DNA of 64,000 nt from Eledone cirrhosa (lineage: Eukaryota): NCBI GenBank assembly GCA_964016885.1, contig OZ024745.1, positions 119,164,001 through 119,228,000 of the forward strand, in the 5' to 3' direction. A program made the position numbers and the translations under genes. The stretch's first letter is position 1. Every line of letters begins with the position of its first letter. The notes beneath the pieces are model-generated. The model was given only the letters and a program-made list of their open reading frames with translations, did no database searches and had not been told where the DNA came from. Below, in pieces: positions 1 to 19,300 of this stretch.

Positions 1-184
1 TGGTCAGTAGAATGTCAAGATGTCTCTTGAAAACATCTACATGCACACCACGTAGATCTCTTAGATTTTTTGGCAGCTTCTTAAAAACCTGCAGTAGGTA
101 AATATTTAATATCAAATATATAAATAAATATTTAATATCAAATATTTAATATTAAATATTTACCTAGCCTTCCCCCTAAAACTA

Positions 185-886
185 ATCACAATAATAGGAA
201 AAGGAAATTATTTGGTTTACACCCCCTTCTCCCTAACTGTCAAAACTAATGTAGTAAGGAAATTCCTTGATCTCTTAGACAAACATTTTCGCCCTAATCA
301 TAAATATTATAAGATATTTAATAGAAATGTAGTTAAAATCAGCTACTCTTGCTGCCCATCAACGGTCAATGAAGTCTAAAATCATCAATTCTAATCGTAC
401 GAGAATAAATTCAGGATGCAGTTGCAGGAAGCCGGATGAATGCTCATTACAGGGCAAATGTAATACCAAATCCATTGTATATGAGGCCAAAGTGACACCT
501 TTGATTAACAACCAGCCAGCCAGGAATGAACGATATGTTGGCATGACTCAGGACAGTTTCAAAACCAGGTTTATGCACATGTCGCTTCTTTTAAACACTC
601 TGATAAAAGAACAGCAACGGCTCTCGCAAATAAGATGTGGGAATTCAAAGATAAAAACATCCCGTACTCTATCGATTGGTCTATTTTAGACCATTCGAGG
701 GAATACCAAAGGGGCATAAAGAATTATTCTTTGTGTACCACTGAAAAATTTAGAATTCTACAAAACTTGAAAGCCACTTCAACTTGCCTCAACTCTAAGA
801 CCAAGATCTTCAGATGTTGTCCTCACCTGAAATCACATCTGCTCTGTAACTGGATTGACATTCCTACGATGACTCAACCACTTTGA
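185..886 (+). mobile_element. Naiad-type PLE 3' fragment (linker + GIY-YIG endonuclease), frameshifted
   Basis: Translates to NRKR..IWFTPPFSLTVKTNVVRKFLDLLDKHF..YYKIFNRNVVKISYSC, CSCRKPDECSLQGKCNTKSIVYEAKV..YVGMTQDSFKTR, WEFKDKNIPYSIDWSIL..LCTTEK..LNSKT..CPH; motifs typical of Naiad-clade PLEs. Confidence 0.85.
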
Positions 887-1301
887 ACTTCTTCTCCGCG
901 TTTACGCCTTACATCCACTACGATTTTTATTACTCTCTGAACTCACTTTCTGTACCCTTATATTCTTTTTCTCCCTTATCTCCTCTTATATTTAAACTTT
1001 TTCCTATTTATTTATTTTCCTTATTCCCCCTACTTTCTACCTTACCCTTTACATACCCGCCTTTTTTATTTATAGATATTTATTTATTTCTGTGTGTATG
1101 TATGTGTTGTGTATATATGTATATACATATATATGTATGTATATATGTGGATATAATTATATATATCTGTATGTATATGTATGTGTGTGTTTATATATGT
1201 GTGTATTTTTATTATCGTGGTGACGTAACCTTTTGTATATATATGTGTGTGTGTATATTAGTGTGTGTGTGTGTATATGTATATATTTATATATATATAT
1301 A

Positions 1302-1348
1302 ATAGCCGTCGAAACGGCTTTAGCTCTCCGGTCGGGGTCATAATTTTT

Positions 1349-1350
<2 letters not shown>
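1302..1350 (+). repeat. Short TA-flanked PLE-tail element with the 3' half of an HHR (family Y; also 59662-59700 + and 60710-60760 -)
   Basis: Shared GAAACGGCTTGAGCTCAGCCGTCGGGGTC-like sequence at three loci = GAAA-helix III-UC; no CUGANGA half. Confidence 0.55.
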
Positions 1351-1409
<59 letters not shown>

Positions 1410-1645
1410 ATGGTTGTGTGTGTGCGTGTGTGTATGTGTGTGTGTGTGTGTGTATGTATGTATATATGTGTATGTATATGCATATTTACATACAGAGTGA
1501 TTTAATGTTTATTTTCATTGATTATTTTCTCCAGGAACTTGTTGAGTGCTCTAAATCAGCTATAAACATTTATACCTTTATCTATTTACTTATCTATTTA
1601 TTATTTGTCGTATTCCCATCTATTTGTTTACCCCTTCCACCTTTT

Positions 1646-1727
<82 letters not shown>

Positions 1728-1755
1728 TTGTATATTTATGTGTATGTGTATGTAT

Positions 1756-1804
<49 letters not shown>

Positions 1805-1805
1805 G

Positions 1806-2877
1806 ATAATATAAAGATTTACACATACACATATTAGACAAAGTCACAGATATATATGTTTTGGCAACCATTCACGATGTGGCTCACTGATGAATTAATA
1901 AATTAAATAATCAGAGTAATATACTATAAAGTATGTCCATAGAATCATTTGATATTATATATACACATCATTTCAACTCCCAATTAGCATAATTAACCGC
2001 ACAAAAAACCAATTAAACCAGGCTATAAGATTAAAAGGCACCTATGAAGAAATAATAGATAAATAAACGACAGCCATCTATTCGCTATCAACAGCTATTG
2101 AATATTTACCCAATATTTCAATAGCACGTCGAAATCGATTAAATATACCGTCAACCATACACAATTAGGTATAAAATTAAAGTTAGAAGAAAAAATGCAT
2201 ATACACATACCAGGATTACGTTTCTACCCTTTAGGATTTCGTTCGCTTTCGGAAATATCCTATCAAGGATAAATTCTCGAGCTTCGAACTCATCAGGAAA
2301 CGAACTCACTTGGACAAAGATTTTTCTTAAATGATCCTTGCCAGAAACGAATTCTAAGAACGTGGCAGTGGTCAAGTCAGAGAGAATGTGATTGGTGCCT
2401 TACGGCGAGTGGGCTGGTTGCTAGAAAGCGCAGCCCAATATTGACTAAATAGCATCTCAACCTTATGGGTGATTATCAAATATAAAGATGTACATATACA
2501 CAAACTAGACAAAGTCATAGATATATATGTTTTGGCAACCATTCACGATGTGGCTCAATAATGAATTAATAAATTAAATAATCAGAGCAATATACTATAA
2601 AGTATGTCCACAGAATCATTTGATAATATATATGCACCATTTCAACTCCAATTAGCATAATCAACCACACAAAAAACATGTATGTGTATATGCATTTTTT
2701 CTTCTAACTTTAATTTTATACCTAATTGTGTATGGTTGACGGTATATTTAATCGATTTCCACATGCTATTGAAATGATGGGTAAATATTCTATAGCTGTT
2801 GATAGCGAATAGATGGCTGTCGTTTATTTATCTATTATTTCTTCATAGGTACCTTTTAATCTTATAGCTTGGTTTTT
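1806..2877 (-). mobile_element. Non-coding HHR-containing PLE-like/retrozyme-like element, partial tandem plus inverted segment
   Basis: 1806-2008 directly repeated at ~2480-2677; 2678-2877 is the reverse complement of ~2012-2210; TA arrays on both sides. Confidence 0.7.
2219..2302 (-). ncRNA. Type I hammerhead ribozyme, canonical core
   Basis: Minus strand: CGUUUC-CUGAUGA-GUUCG..CGAAC-GAAA-UCCU AA AGGG-UA-GAAACG; 6-bp helix I, 5-bp helix II base, 4-bp helix III. Confidence 0.85.
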
Positions 2878-3030
2878 ATATATATAATATATATATATAA
2901 ATATATATAAATATATATATATATATATAAAGAGACCAGGATTTTTTCATTCTGAGGATTGAAAGCAACATTTTTTGCTTTTAAGAAACTGGTAAATGGA
3001 ATAATTGCCTTATGTTGTTTATTACATAAC

Positions 3031-3063
<33 letters not shown>

Positions 3064-3314
3064 TATAAATATAAATATATATATAAATATATAAATAAAT
3101 ATATATATAAATATATATATAAATAAATATATATATAAATATATAAATAAATATATAAATAAATATATATATAAATAAATATATATAAATATATATATAT
3201 ATAAATATATATATATATAAATATATATATAAATAAATATATATATAAATAAATATATATATAAATAAATATATATATAAATAAATATATATATAAATAT
3301 ATATATATATAAAT

Positions 3315-3421
<107 letters not shown>

Positions 3422-3424
3422 TAA

Positions 3425-3457
<33 letters not shown>

Positions 3458-3504
3458 AATATATATAAATATATATAAATATATATATAAATATATATAA
3501 ATAT

Positions 3505-3536
<32 letters not shown>

Positions 3537-3939
3537 CACGATAAATTAACGGAGGCATAGGCCGTCGTTATTCCCTGTAAATAATGTGCTCAAAGGGGAA
3601 GAGATCCTAAGCCCTTTAAAATATAATATGTTGAGAAGGTAACACACCAGAGAGAGATATATAGTGCGTTATCAATAATACAGGGGAAAAACCACCAGTG
3701 TATGGAATCTATAACCTATGAAAGGCAGACTATAGACACGATAATTAAAAATATAAATTAAAGCGTAAATAAATACCTTTATAACTATATAACACACGTA
3801 CAAATCCAAAGATATGTTTCACCAGAAAATTTGTTGAAAGAAATGGTCTAGTCTCGGTTCATCAGCGTGTGTAAGGCCATACATTTCAGACAACACTAAG
3901 AGAATTTTACAATTGACTGTCCAGCTACACGTGGGAGAG

Positions 3940-4838
3940 AGAAGTCACAGCGTGTTTAAGGGAAGTGCACCAGTGGCCTCTATGAGTGTACATAGGTGAG
4001 ACAGCTCGTAGTATAGGGGAACGAATAAATGAACACTGGCGAGACCTCCAAGATAGTAAAGAATCATCTGTGCTCTACCAACATGCTAAGATAGAACACA
4101 GGGGTAAATTAGAGAGCATAGAAATAAAAATAGAATCCACACACAAGAAAGACGCAATGTTTAGGCAAATTACAGAGGCAGTAAGCATAAAAGAATTAAA
4201 ACCAAAATTAAATTAAATTAAAATTAAAATTAAATAGAAAATATGAGTGGAACAGCAACATCACAACTTACAATTAAGGACAAAATGAAAACACACACAC
4301 ACATAGAACAAACAACTTACAATTGAAAACACACACAAAATGAAAACACACACAAGACAAAATGAAAACACACACACACATAGAACAAACAACCAACCAA
4401 CAATAAATAAATAAATAAACAAACAAATATAAATAGAAAAATAGAAAAATGAACACAAACACACACAGACACCCGGATGTGGCGCATGCGCAAACTGAGC
4501 ACGCAACCCACACACAAACAAAATGGCGTAGGATAGAAGAAAGGAAAGGCACAGAAACGAAGAAAGAAATCCCCAGTCACTGAAGAGGTCACAGAGTGTG
4601 TGACGAAAGAACTATGACTATATATATATAAACAACTATCTGGTTGTGGAACCAACCAACCAACCAGAAATTTATAAATTTGTAAATTTATAAATATATA
4701 TTAAATTAAATTGAAGTGAAAGCAACTGGTGCGTGTGTTTCTTATTGGCAACATGACCCTCCCAAAGTATAACAATATCGGTTTCAACACACGATTTCAG
4801 ATAAAGAATCTTGCTAAACAAATTCAGAAACGAAATAT
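3940..4838 (+). mobile_element. PLE 3' fragment (GIY-YIG, Neptune-like) with HHR-bearing tail (family B)
   Basis: ORF 3986-4216 YIGETARSIGERINEH..LYQHAKIEH..AMFRQITEAVSI..LN(K)YEWN; tail 4520-4838 recurs at 8698-9283 and 53035-53318; ends in (TA)n. Confidence 0.8.
4575..4619 (+). ncRNA. Minimal type I HHR, family B (also 8914-8958 -, 9080-9124 +, 53047-53090 +)
   Basis: AGUCA-CUGAAGA-G-GUCAC agagugu GUGAC-GAAA-GAAC-UA-UGACU. Confidence 0.75.
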
Positions 4839-4846
4839 ATAAATAT

Positions 4847-4877
<31 letters not shown>

Positions 4878-4974
4878 AATATATATAAATATAAATATAT
4901 ATAAATATATATATATATATAAATATAAATATATATAAATATAAATATATATAAATATATATATATATATAAAT

Positions 4975-5031
<57 letters not shown>

Positions 5032-5084
5032 AATATATATAAATATAAATATATTTATATATATATATATAGATAAATATAAAT

Positions 5085-5137
<53 letters not shown>

Positions 5138-5151
5138 ACTATATATATATA

Positions 5152-5241
<90 letters not shown>

Positions 5242-5315
5242 TAAATATATATATAAATATATATAAATATATATTTATATATAAAAATAAATATATATAT
5301 ATAAATATATATATT

Positions 5316-5353
<38 letters not shown>

Positions 5354-5453
5354 TATATTTATATATAAATATAAATATATATTTATATATAAATATAAAT
5401 ATATATTTATATATAAATATAAATATAAATATATATATATATGTATATATATA

Positions 5454-5549
<96 letters not shown>

Positions 5550-5691
5550 AATATATATATAAATATATAGTAATAATAATAAATTTGTAGACTAAAATCC
5601 AAAGAGGGCTCGGCTCGATAATGATAAATATATATCTAATATATAAGAACATAGAGCAAATATTTATTAAAAATATATATATATATATATA

Positions 5692-6173
5692 AATTATTAA
5701 AAAAATAATGAATAAACAAAGAAACAGTTCCTTATATTAAACAAAAAAAGTTCATTATTTTACGATCGTTTCTAGGACATATATGTGTTAGAATTGGTAT
5801 GCATATTCAAAAGATCTATGTACAAAATTATACAAACTATCAAAGAGAATATACATACCTTCACATATATATGCTGTCTTCAGAAATAATGATAGTTTGT
5901 ATAATTTTGTACATAGATCTTTTGAATATGCATACCAATTCTAACACATATATGTCCTAGAAACGATCGTAAAATAATGAACTTTTTTTGTTTAATATAA
6001 GGAACTGTTTCTTTGTTTTTCATTATTTTTTTAATAATTTATCTTGACTCTGTATTCCGTTTATCTTTCACCGAAAGTGATTTTTGAATGCATCTCTTCT
6101 TTTCATGATATCCGGATTACATTGAGTTCTTCATACGGATTGGACACTACCGTAAACTTTTGGTAGATTTATC

Positions 6174-6178
<5 letters not shown>
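5692..6178. repeat. TA-flanked fold-back element
   Basis: 5692-5845 is the reverse complement of ~5890-6042; no intact HHR recognised. Confidence 0.7.
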
Positions 6179-6223
<45 letters not shown>

Positions 6224-6224
6224 T

Positions 6225-8240
6225 AAATCTTATATCATCAACAAAAAATCACCTTGAGAACATCAAAATTGCTCCTGTAGAGTGAAAAGTGAATGCCCAT
6301 TACAAGGTAAATGCAATACCAAAGCCATTGTATATGCGGCTAAAGTGACAACCATCAGCAACAACCAACCAGCCACCAGTGAACGATATGTGGGTATGAC
6401 ACAAGACAAACTCAAAACGCGTTATTACTCACATGTCGCATCCTTCCGACATCCAGAAAAAAGATTCACAACAGCTCTGGCGAGCAGAATATGGGATTTG
6501 AAAGACCAAGGTATCTAATATAAATTGGATTGGTAAATTTTGAACCAATGTAAAGAATATGCAAGAGGAACAAGAAAATGCACACTCTGCATAAATGAAA
6601 AATATTGGATTTTACAAAGTCTTAAATCACCAAAAACCTGCCTAAATACAAAGACAGAAATTCTCACAGAGTTGCCCACACATGAAATCACACTTGCTTT
6701 CCAGCTCATATAAACTTAACTCACTTTCAGATACTTATCCTCCATAAGCTCTTATTCTTCACTTAAATTATTCTCTTTAAAGACTACTCTTTCTGATTTA
6801 CTTTCATTTTTAACCTTATTATTAATTTTATTTTTATTTTTACTTCACATCCACCAATAATCCCCCCCCCCCTTTATTCATCGATTCACTTACCTAATAT
6901 CTTCACATTCCACATTTTACTTCCCTATTTTCTTTACTACCTGATTACCGAGTTCACTTGCGTTTTCCACTCCAGATATTTTCTGTTATTTCGCAGCCAA
7001 TTTAATATTTTTATATTTGTACTCATTTATTCATAAGGCTGCTTTATATTATGTATCTATGTGTCTGAGCGTCTTTATGTGTGTATACGTTCTGTATATG
7101 TACACGAACGCCTCCGTATGTGCGCGTGCGTGCGTGTATAAATATGAGTATGTGTGTGGGTTTTTTTTTATATCTGTGTTTTTACATCTATGTTTTTTTA
7201 CATTCTTATTTTTATGTGTGTGCGTGTAAACGGGTCAATGTACGTGAATATGTATGTGTTTATGTGTGTATATATGTATTGTATGTATGGGTGTGTATGT
7301 GTGCGTGTATATATATATATATATGTATATACAGTCGCGTACGTACGTGTGATTAGATATATATATACACACACATATCGCCCCATGTATATGTGCATCC
7401 TGTGTATGTATGTATGTACGCCTGCATACGCTTTTGTCTGTACGTATTGCGTGTATATATATATATATATTTTATAGATATCTGTTTTTTATAGATATGT
7501 GTATGTACGCGTGTACCTTGTTTGTTTTCTTTTCTTTTCTCTAGTGTTAATTGACTACTTTCTCTTTTATTTAAACATTTTTCTTTCTCATATATTGTTT
7601 CATTTTTATACATATATCGAGAATGACACTTTCTTTTAACTATTACACTCCCTTCCCTCTTTATCCTCCACATATATGTGATCGCGCGTGTGCGTGTGTA
7701 TTTATACGCGTGCTTTCATACTCATATGTGTATCTAATACCTGTTTCTGGATACGTGTCAACTAGATTATCATTTTCTTTTTCAACTCATATTATAACCG
7801 TATTTGTGGTTACATATACACAAATATACTTGCCCTCATATATGTACTTACGCACACATTTTCACCATACACACGCATTTGTACATACATACATATGTAC
7901 ATTTGTGAGTGTATATACATACATATAGACACACCTAAATATATTTCCTTATATTTTTTTATATATTTTATATATCTATTGCATTACTTTTATTTATATA
8001 TATATATATTTTTTACATTTCTTGAGTAGACTTTCCAAATATTTCACTATGTTTTATATTGCCTTGTCCGACGAACGAATGAGGACGTTTCTTTCGTATT
8101 CGTCTTATTCGGGAAACCTCTGGTAATGAGGTAATTATATTCTATTGTTTATTATACATTAAATTTTGCTCTGGTACTTACATAGAGCACTCTTCACTCC
8201 TATGACTTTTTCAATTTTCAATGGAAACTTAAATAATTAT
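6225..8240 (+). mobile_element. Naiad-type PLE 3' fragment (GIY-YIG + long 3' UTR + HHR)
   Basis: CSCRVKSECPLQGKCNTKAIVYAAKV..YVGMTQDKLKTRYYSH..TALASRIWDLKD..KCTLCINEK..LNTKTE; close relative of 185-886; in-frame stops. Confidence 0.85.
8062..8131 (+). ncRNA. Type I HHR, U4C core variant or decayed copy
   Basis: CCUUGU-CCGACGA-aCGAAUGAGgACG..CGUCUUAUUCGg-GAAA-CC UCU GG-UA-AUGAGG. Confidence 0.6.
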
Positions 8241-8269
8241 ATATATATATATATATAATATAAATATAA

Positions 8270-8307
<38 letters not shown>

Positions 8308-8353
8308 TATAAATATATATATGTATATATATATATATATATATATAAATATA

Positions 8354-8407
<54 letters not shown>

Positions 8408-8417
8408 TATAAATATA

Positions 8418-8525
<108 letters not shown>

Positions 8526-8561
8526 TGTATATATATAAATATATATATATATATAAATATT

Positions 8562-8617
<56 letters not shown>

Positions 8618-8665
8618 AATATATATATAAATATTTATATATAAATATATATATATTTATATATT

Positions 8666-8697
<32 letters not shown>

Positions 8698-8698
<1 letters not shown>

Positions 8699-9283
8699 TT
8701 CGTTTCTGAATTTGTTTAGCAAGATTCTTTATCTGAAATCGTGTGTTGAAACCGATATTGTTATACTTTGGGAGGGTCATGTTGCCAATAAGAAACACAC
8801 GCACCAGTTGCTTTCACTTCAATTTAATTTATTAAATATTTATAAATTTACAAATTTATAAATTTCTGGTTGGTTGGTTGGTTCCACAACCAGATAGTTG
8901 TTTATATATATATAGTCATAGTTCTTTCGTCACACACTCTGTGACCTCTTCAGTGACTGGGGATTTCTTTCTTCGTTTCTGTGCCTTTCCTTTCTTCTAT
9001 CCTACGCCATTTTGTTTTGAAAACAAAATGGCGTAGGATAGAAGAAAGGAAAGGCACAGAAACGAAGAAATAAATCCCCAGTCACTGAAGAAGTCACAGA
9101 GTGTGTGACGAAAGAACTATGACTATATATATATAAACAACTATCTGGTTGTGGAACCAACCAACCAACCAGAAATTTATAAATTTGTAAATTTATAAAT
9201 ATTTAATAAATTAAATTGAAGTGAAAGCAACTGGTGCGTGTGTTTCTTATTGGCAACATGACCCTCCCAAAGTATAACAATAT
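8698..9283. repeat. Near-perfect palindrome of the family B PLE tail, one HHR per strand
   Basis: Arms of ~320 and ~263 bp meet at ~9019 (CCATTTTGTTTT G AAAACAAAATGG); embedded in (TA)n. Confidence 0.9.
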
Positions 9284-9284
9284 T

Positions 9285-9365
<81 letters not shown>

Positions 9366-9377
9366 ATATATATTTAT

Positions 9378-9432
<55 letters not shown>

Positions 9433-9433
9433 T

Positions 9434-9466
<33 letters not shown>

Positions 9467-9491
9467 ATATATTTATATATTTATATATATT

Positions 9492-9524
<33 letters not shown>

Positions 9525-9545
9525 ATATTTATATATATTTATATA

Positions 9546-9637
<92 letters not shown>

Positions 9638-9780
9638 AATATATATATATATATAAATATATATAAATATATATATAAATATATATATAAATATATATAA
9701 ATATATATATATAAATATATATAAATATATATATATAAATATATATATAAATATATATATATATATAAATATATATAAAT

Positions 9781-9878
<98 letters not shown>

Positions 9879-10018
9879 GAAAAGTGTAATTTTCTACACA
9901 AAACGAAGGTTATAGAGAAAATTGAGGTTGGTAGTGGCACATGGAATATATAAGAGACAGAATACTTTTTTGTGAAAAAACATAATTTTATAAGGTAAGG
10001 AAATAATAAAGGGTATAA

Positions 10019-10066
10019 AAAATGACCGGTTTCGATGGGTCTGCAAAAGCCATCTTTTCAAATGTT
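10019..10066 (-). ncRNA. Type I HHR with U3-A8 core
   Basis: Minus strand: AACAU-UUGAAAA-GAUGG cuuuugcagac CCAUC-GAAA-CCGG-UC-AUUUU. Confidence 0.6.
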
Positions 10067-10338
10067 GATTAATATTAAGAAAAATTAATAATACGAAGAG
10101 TTAAAATTTGAGACTTGAAAATTCAAGTATAAAATTCATTGTGGGATTTCATAGCAGTTTTCATCTAGGTAGCAACAACAGGTTGACTGCTGTGTCCCTT
10201 TCTGGTAGTGAATGAGAAGTTATTTGGGGTGTGGGTTATTTTATAAAGGTCAGATTTAGCAATAGCCAGCTGCTGGTCAGTGAGGGGGTGGAAGCAATAT
10301 ACACACACATACCTTCATCCACACATACATACACATAC

Positions 10339-10377
<39 letters not shown>

Positions 10378-10539
10378 CACACATACATACACACACACAT
10401 ACATATACATACACACATACACACACACACACATATATATACACATACACACACACACATATATATATATATATACTATATATATATATATATAGACACA
10501 CACACACATATATATACATACACATACATCCAGATACAC

Positions 10540-10634
<95 letters not shown>

Positions 10635-10764
10635 CACACATACATACACACACACATATATATATATACATACACACATACAAACATACACAGCACACAC
10701 ACACACACATATATATACACACATACACACACATATATATACACACACACACACACACACATGC

Positions 10765-10795
<31 letters not shown>

Positions 10796-11137
10796 CGCAT
10801 ACATCCAGATACCCACATACATACACACACACACACACACACGCACACACAATACATACATCCACATGCACACACATACTCACACACACACACACACACA
10901 CATACATACACCCACACACAGAGAAATGGCCTTCAAATATATATATATATATATACATACAGACATGCACACACATACTCACACACATACTCACACACAC
11001 ACACACACACACATACATACACCCACACACAGAGAAATGGCCTTCAAATATATATATATATATATACATACAGACATATATTTTTTCCATAATATAAGAA
11101 GTTGGGGCAGTGAAATTAAAATAATTCTGTGTGCGTA

Positions 11138-15712
<4,575 letters not shown>

Positions 15713-15715
<3 letters not shown>

Positions 15716-16251
15716 GCTCAATGTGCAATAAGCAGTGGAAAGCAACTAGGTGGCTGGGTTCATGCAGAAGTTAGGCGCGCAGAGCTGGAAATATTCATTA
15801 GTTAAGCAAAACAAGACCACAAATTTCACTTGTAAATGGACATTATTATTATTAATATTATTAGGGCGGTGAATTGGCAGTATCGGTAGAGGGTTGGACG
15901 CCATACTTTGGCGCATAGAGTTACGGCCCTTGCCATTCTGAGTTCAAATCCCGCCGAGGTTAACTTTGCCTTTCATCCTTATGGGGTCGATAAAATAAAG
16001 TACCAGTAATGTACTGGATAATTGCTGGCCTTGTGCCAAAAGTAGAAACAATTATTATTAATATTATTATTATTATTCTCTACATTCCTTACATCAAACT
16101 AAAATATGTTGACAATCTTTTAATAATGTCTTCCTTGTGAAATTTGTGGTTTGTTTGCTTAACTAATGAATATTTCCAGCTCTGCGCACCTAACTTCTGC
16201 ATGAACCCACCCACGTAGCTGCTTTCCACCGCATATTGCACATTGAACACA
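15713..16251. repeat. Diverged ~135-bp inverted repeat upstream of the Naiad ORF, with a SINE at its apex
   Basis: 15713-15850 is approximately the reverse complement of 16118-16251. Confidence 0.8.
15863..16075 (+). mobile_element. tRNA-derived SINE (family S1) with (ATT)n tail
   Basis: A-box-like TGGCAGTATCGG, B-box-like GAGTTCAAATCC, central GCCTTTCATCCTT..GGGGTCGATAAAATAAAGTACCAG, 3' GGCCTTGTGCCAAAAGTAGAAACAATTATT; >10 copies in window. Confidence 0.9.
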
Positions 16252-16399
16252 TGGCTTTACGCTTTGGCTTCTAACTAATTCACCAATCTCTCCTCTCCTA
16301 TCTCCTCACCTATCTCCATCTCTCTCTTTAAGATTGGTTACTCTTGAACTGTGTATACTTGAGCTCCCGTAGTTGAGCTATTTACTGTTAGAAGTCACC

Positions 16400-19300
16400 A
16401 TGTTGAGCAAGCAGGAACTCAGGATCTCACTTAAGTCCATACCTATCCCGGACAGGAAGACATACCTCAAACTCCTAATACAGAGTGTCAACTCATTCAT
16501 CCGAAGAATAGGATAGGATGGAAAGCCTTCAACTTCGACCGTGCGGGTGCTGCTGACGCCGGAAGTACAGCAAACAGATATGGATTTACCACCTGCAAGA
16601 ACCCCCACACAACATCCTGCTGGACCCTTTTGAGAAAGATCTATTCAACTTCGTCAGGAGCATTAAATTCAAAAAGCATTATAGACACAAGAATAATTTC
16701 CTCACAAAATTAGCAATAACTATAAAAAACTTTAAAGATAGCCACCTCTTACATGTTATGTCTGACGAAACTAAAAATCTATACACCATGACTCCTGAAA
16801 CTTACAACTCTTTCCTTCTTAAGGAACTTAATAAAAACTATAAAAAAACTATACCCTCCAGTGTAAACGTACTTAACCGAAAAGCCCAGGCTTTGGTTAA
16901 GGACTTCCATCTGGATAGATTTACCCACCCTTATGTCCCAACACCCAAGGTTCTCTCTCAAGAATCATAAACCAAACTTTATAGAGAACCCATCTATTAG
17001 ACTTATAAGCCCAACCACATCCGGCCTGGGTCGTATCAGTAAGAACATCCTTGATAGGATAATCCCTGGACTACGGGATGATATCATCTACAAGTTGTGG
17101 TCCAACACCGGCCAAGTCATTAGATGGTTCTACGATCTAAGGTCCAAGCAAATTATGAGGTTTATCCAATTTGAAATTGACAGCTATTACGCTTCAATAA
17201 CCCCGGAACTGCTCAACAAAGCATTAACCATAGCCAGCACCAACTCTGACATAACCAATAATGAAATTGACATCATACTTATGGCTATGCAGACCATCAC
17301 GGAATGCAACGGAGCACTCTGGAGTAGAAAAGACAGAACAGACAACTTTGACATCACGATGGGCTCAAGTGACTCTGCGCAAATCACCGATTTAGTTGGA
17401 ATTTACCTATTACATAACATCAGAGCCGAAATCCAACCCTTGCAAGGAGGAAAATACAGGGACGACGCCCTATTTGCAGTCCACAATTGCACTAATCGGG
17501 ACATTGATTTGCTCAAAAAACAATTACATAGATTCTTTTAAAATAACGGTCTCTCTATCACCATCGAGCGGAACCATAAAGTACTAAACTTCCTAGACGT
17601 CACGCTGGATCTTAACAATAACCTATATTACCCTTACCATAAACGAGGTGAAATACTTACATATATTAGCCCACACTCTAACCACCCACCGGCAGTCATC
17701 AGAGCAGTAATCAAATCTATCCCGTATAGGATCTCAATGCTATCAGCAAATGAGGAGATATTTATAAACCATGCACCATATTATAATAAGGATCTTTCTG
17801 AATCTGGTTATGAACAATGTATTTACTACATACCTAAATGCAATAACACAGCAATTCACCATAATACACTTAACACTAGAACTAGAAATACCTTAGCATA
17901 TAGCCAGATTCGCCGGAATTTTAGCAGTTACAGCACCTATACAGGGAACTTTAATGGAGGCAGCGGTCTGCTCCCCACTCCAAGTAGCAAACTAAAAATC
18001 AACCCTAGAATAGGAATGAGCAATGGGATGACAAATAACAAATGCCCAGGTAATAATAACCCTAGGAAGGCCCCTACCAACTTCACTAGAACCCCTAGAA
18101 GGAATAGGCCTAGAAATATCACCTGGCTTAACCCCCCATTCTCATCTAATCTAGCCACTAATATCCCTAAACGCTTCTTCTCTATCCTATCTAAACATTT
18201 CCTCCCCAACCATAGATATTACAAACTCTTTAATAAAAATAACATTAAAATCTCATTCTCCACAACACCTAACATAGCTAGCCACATCGCATTCAGTAAC
18301 CATCTTAAACTAAGACAGTATAACTCCCACACCGCGGTACCAGCACCCCTATCAAATACACCACGCCACTACACCAATACTTACTCTAGTAGTACACCTG
18401 CCCCATCTAATCCTTCTAACACTGACCAACCGCTTAGGTTAAACTATCCTACTCACACTAACCGCAGAAGCAACTGCAGTTACCCTAATGCATGCCCACT
18501 AAATGGACACTGCCTGATACCCAACATAGTCTATAGGTGCACGGTTAAAACTGCTTCAAAAATCAGCTCCTATATCGACTCTACCTTTAACCCTTTAACC
18601 CGCGCACTCTTTTTCCTCCCGAGACCATGACAGCAGATGTTCGACATCTCTAGCTAGGCTCATTAAAAACCTTAAATTAACCAACATTGAACACTCACTA
18701 ACATGGGATATCTTATCGAGGGCCCAACCGTTCAATGGACGAAGAAAATCTTCTGATCTCTGTATTACCGAATCATATTACATAATTCTATCACGACCTC
18801 TACCGATTAACGTTAGAACGGAAGTAACTATTAGCTGTCAACGAAGGGCTAATTCCTTTGGCAACAGAATATTTGACCCAACATAGTCATCTAGCCCCAT
18901 TTTTACTTGAAGCTAATAAGTTAAATAGCTATAACTAACTTAGATAATTATAAATTACCTCCCCTACATTGTCTCTGAATTAAAAAATTAGCACTTAACT
19001 ATAAACAATCCAAAATTTATAATCTCTCGAGGAGTTACTTCCCCTGAAACCACCCTCTAATTAGTAAGGTAAATATGTCCATTGGCGGCCATCTTGTTAC
19101 CCATAGGCAGATCTCACACAATGTAACCTCGACAGAAGAATACTGCTTGATTATGGCAGACAATTGATACACCCAGGACACCATAGTGAAATACCAGACT
19201 CCAGTTCCCCAGTGAATTAACAACCCAACAAGGAACTGGGCATATCAGAGAATTGACAATATCATACACCTAAACAACATATGTACTTGTCTATACCATA

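Noticed and set aside
3808-3871. Minus-strand HHR (CUGAUGA-ACC..GGU-GAAA-CAUA-UC)
   Set aside because: Helices I and III do not pair; at best a decayed copy
15863-15955. tRNA gene
   Set aside because: A/B-box-like head continues into a multicopy SINE body; no cloverleaf
16400-19300. Selenocysteine recoding/SECIS, known in some Naiad PLEs
   Set aside because: No in-frame TGA seen at conserved Cys positions in this or the other Naiad fragments; stops are TAA/TAG or frameshift-derived; no convincing SECIS by eye (a SECIS search would settle it)
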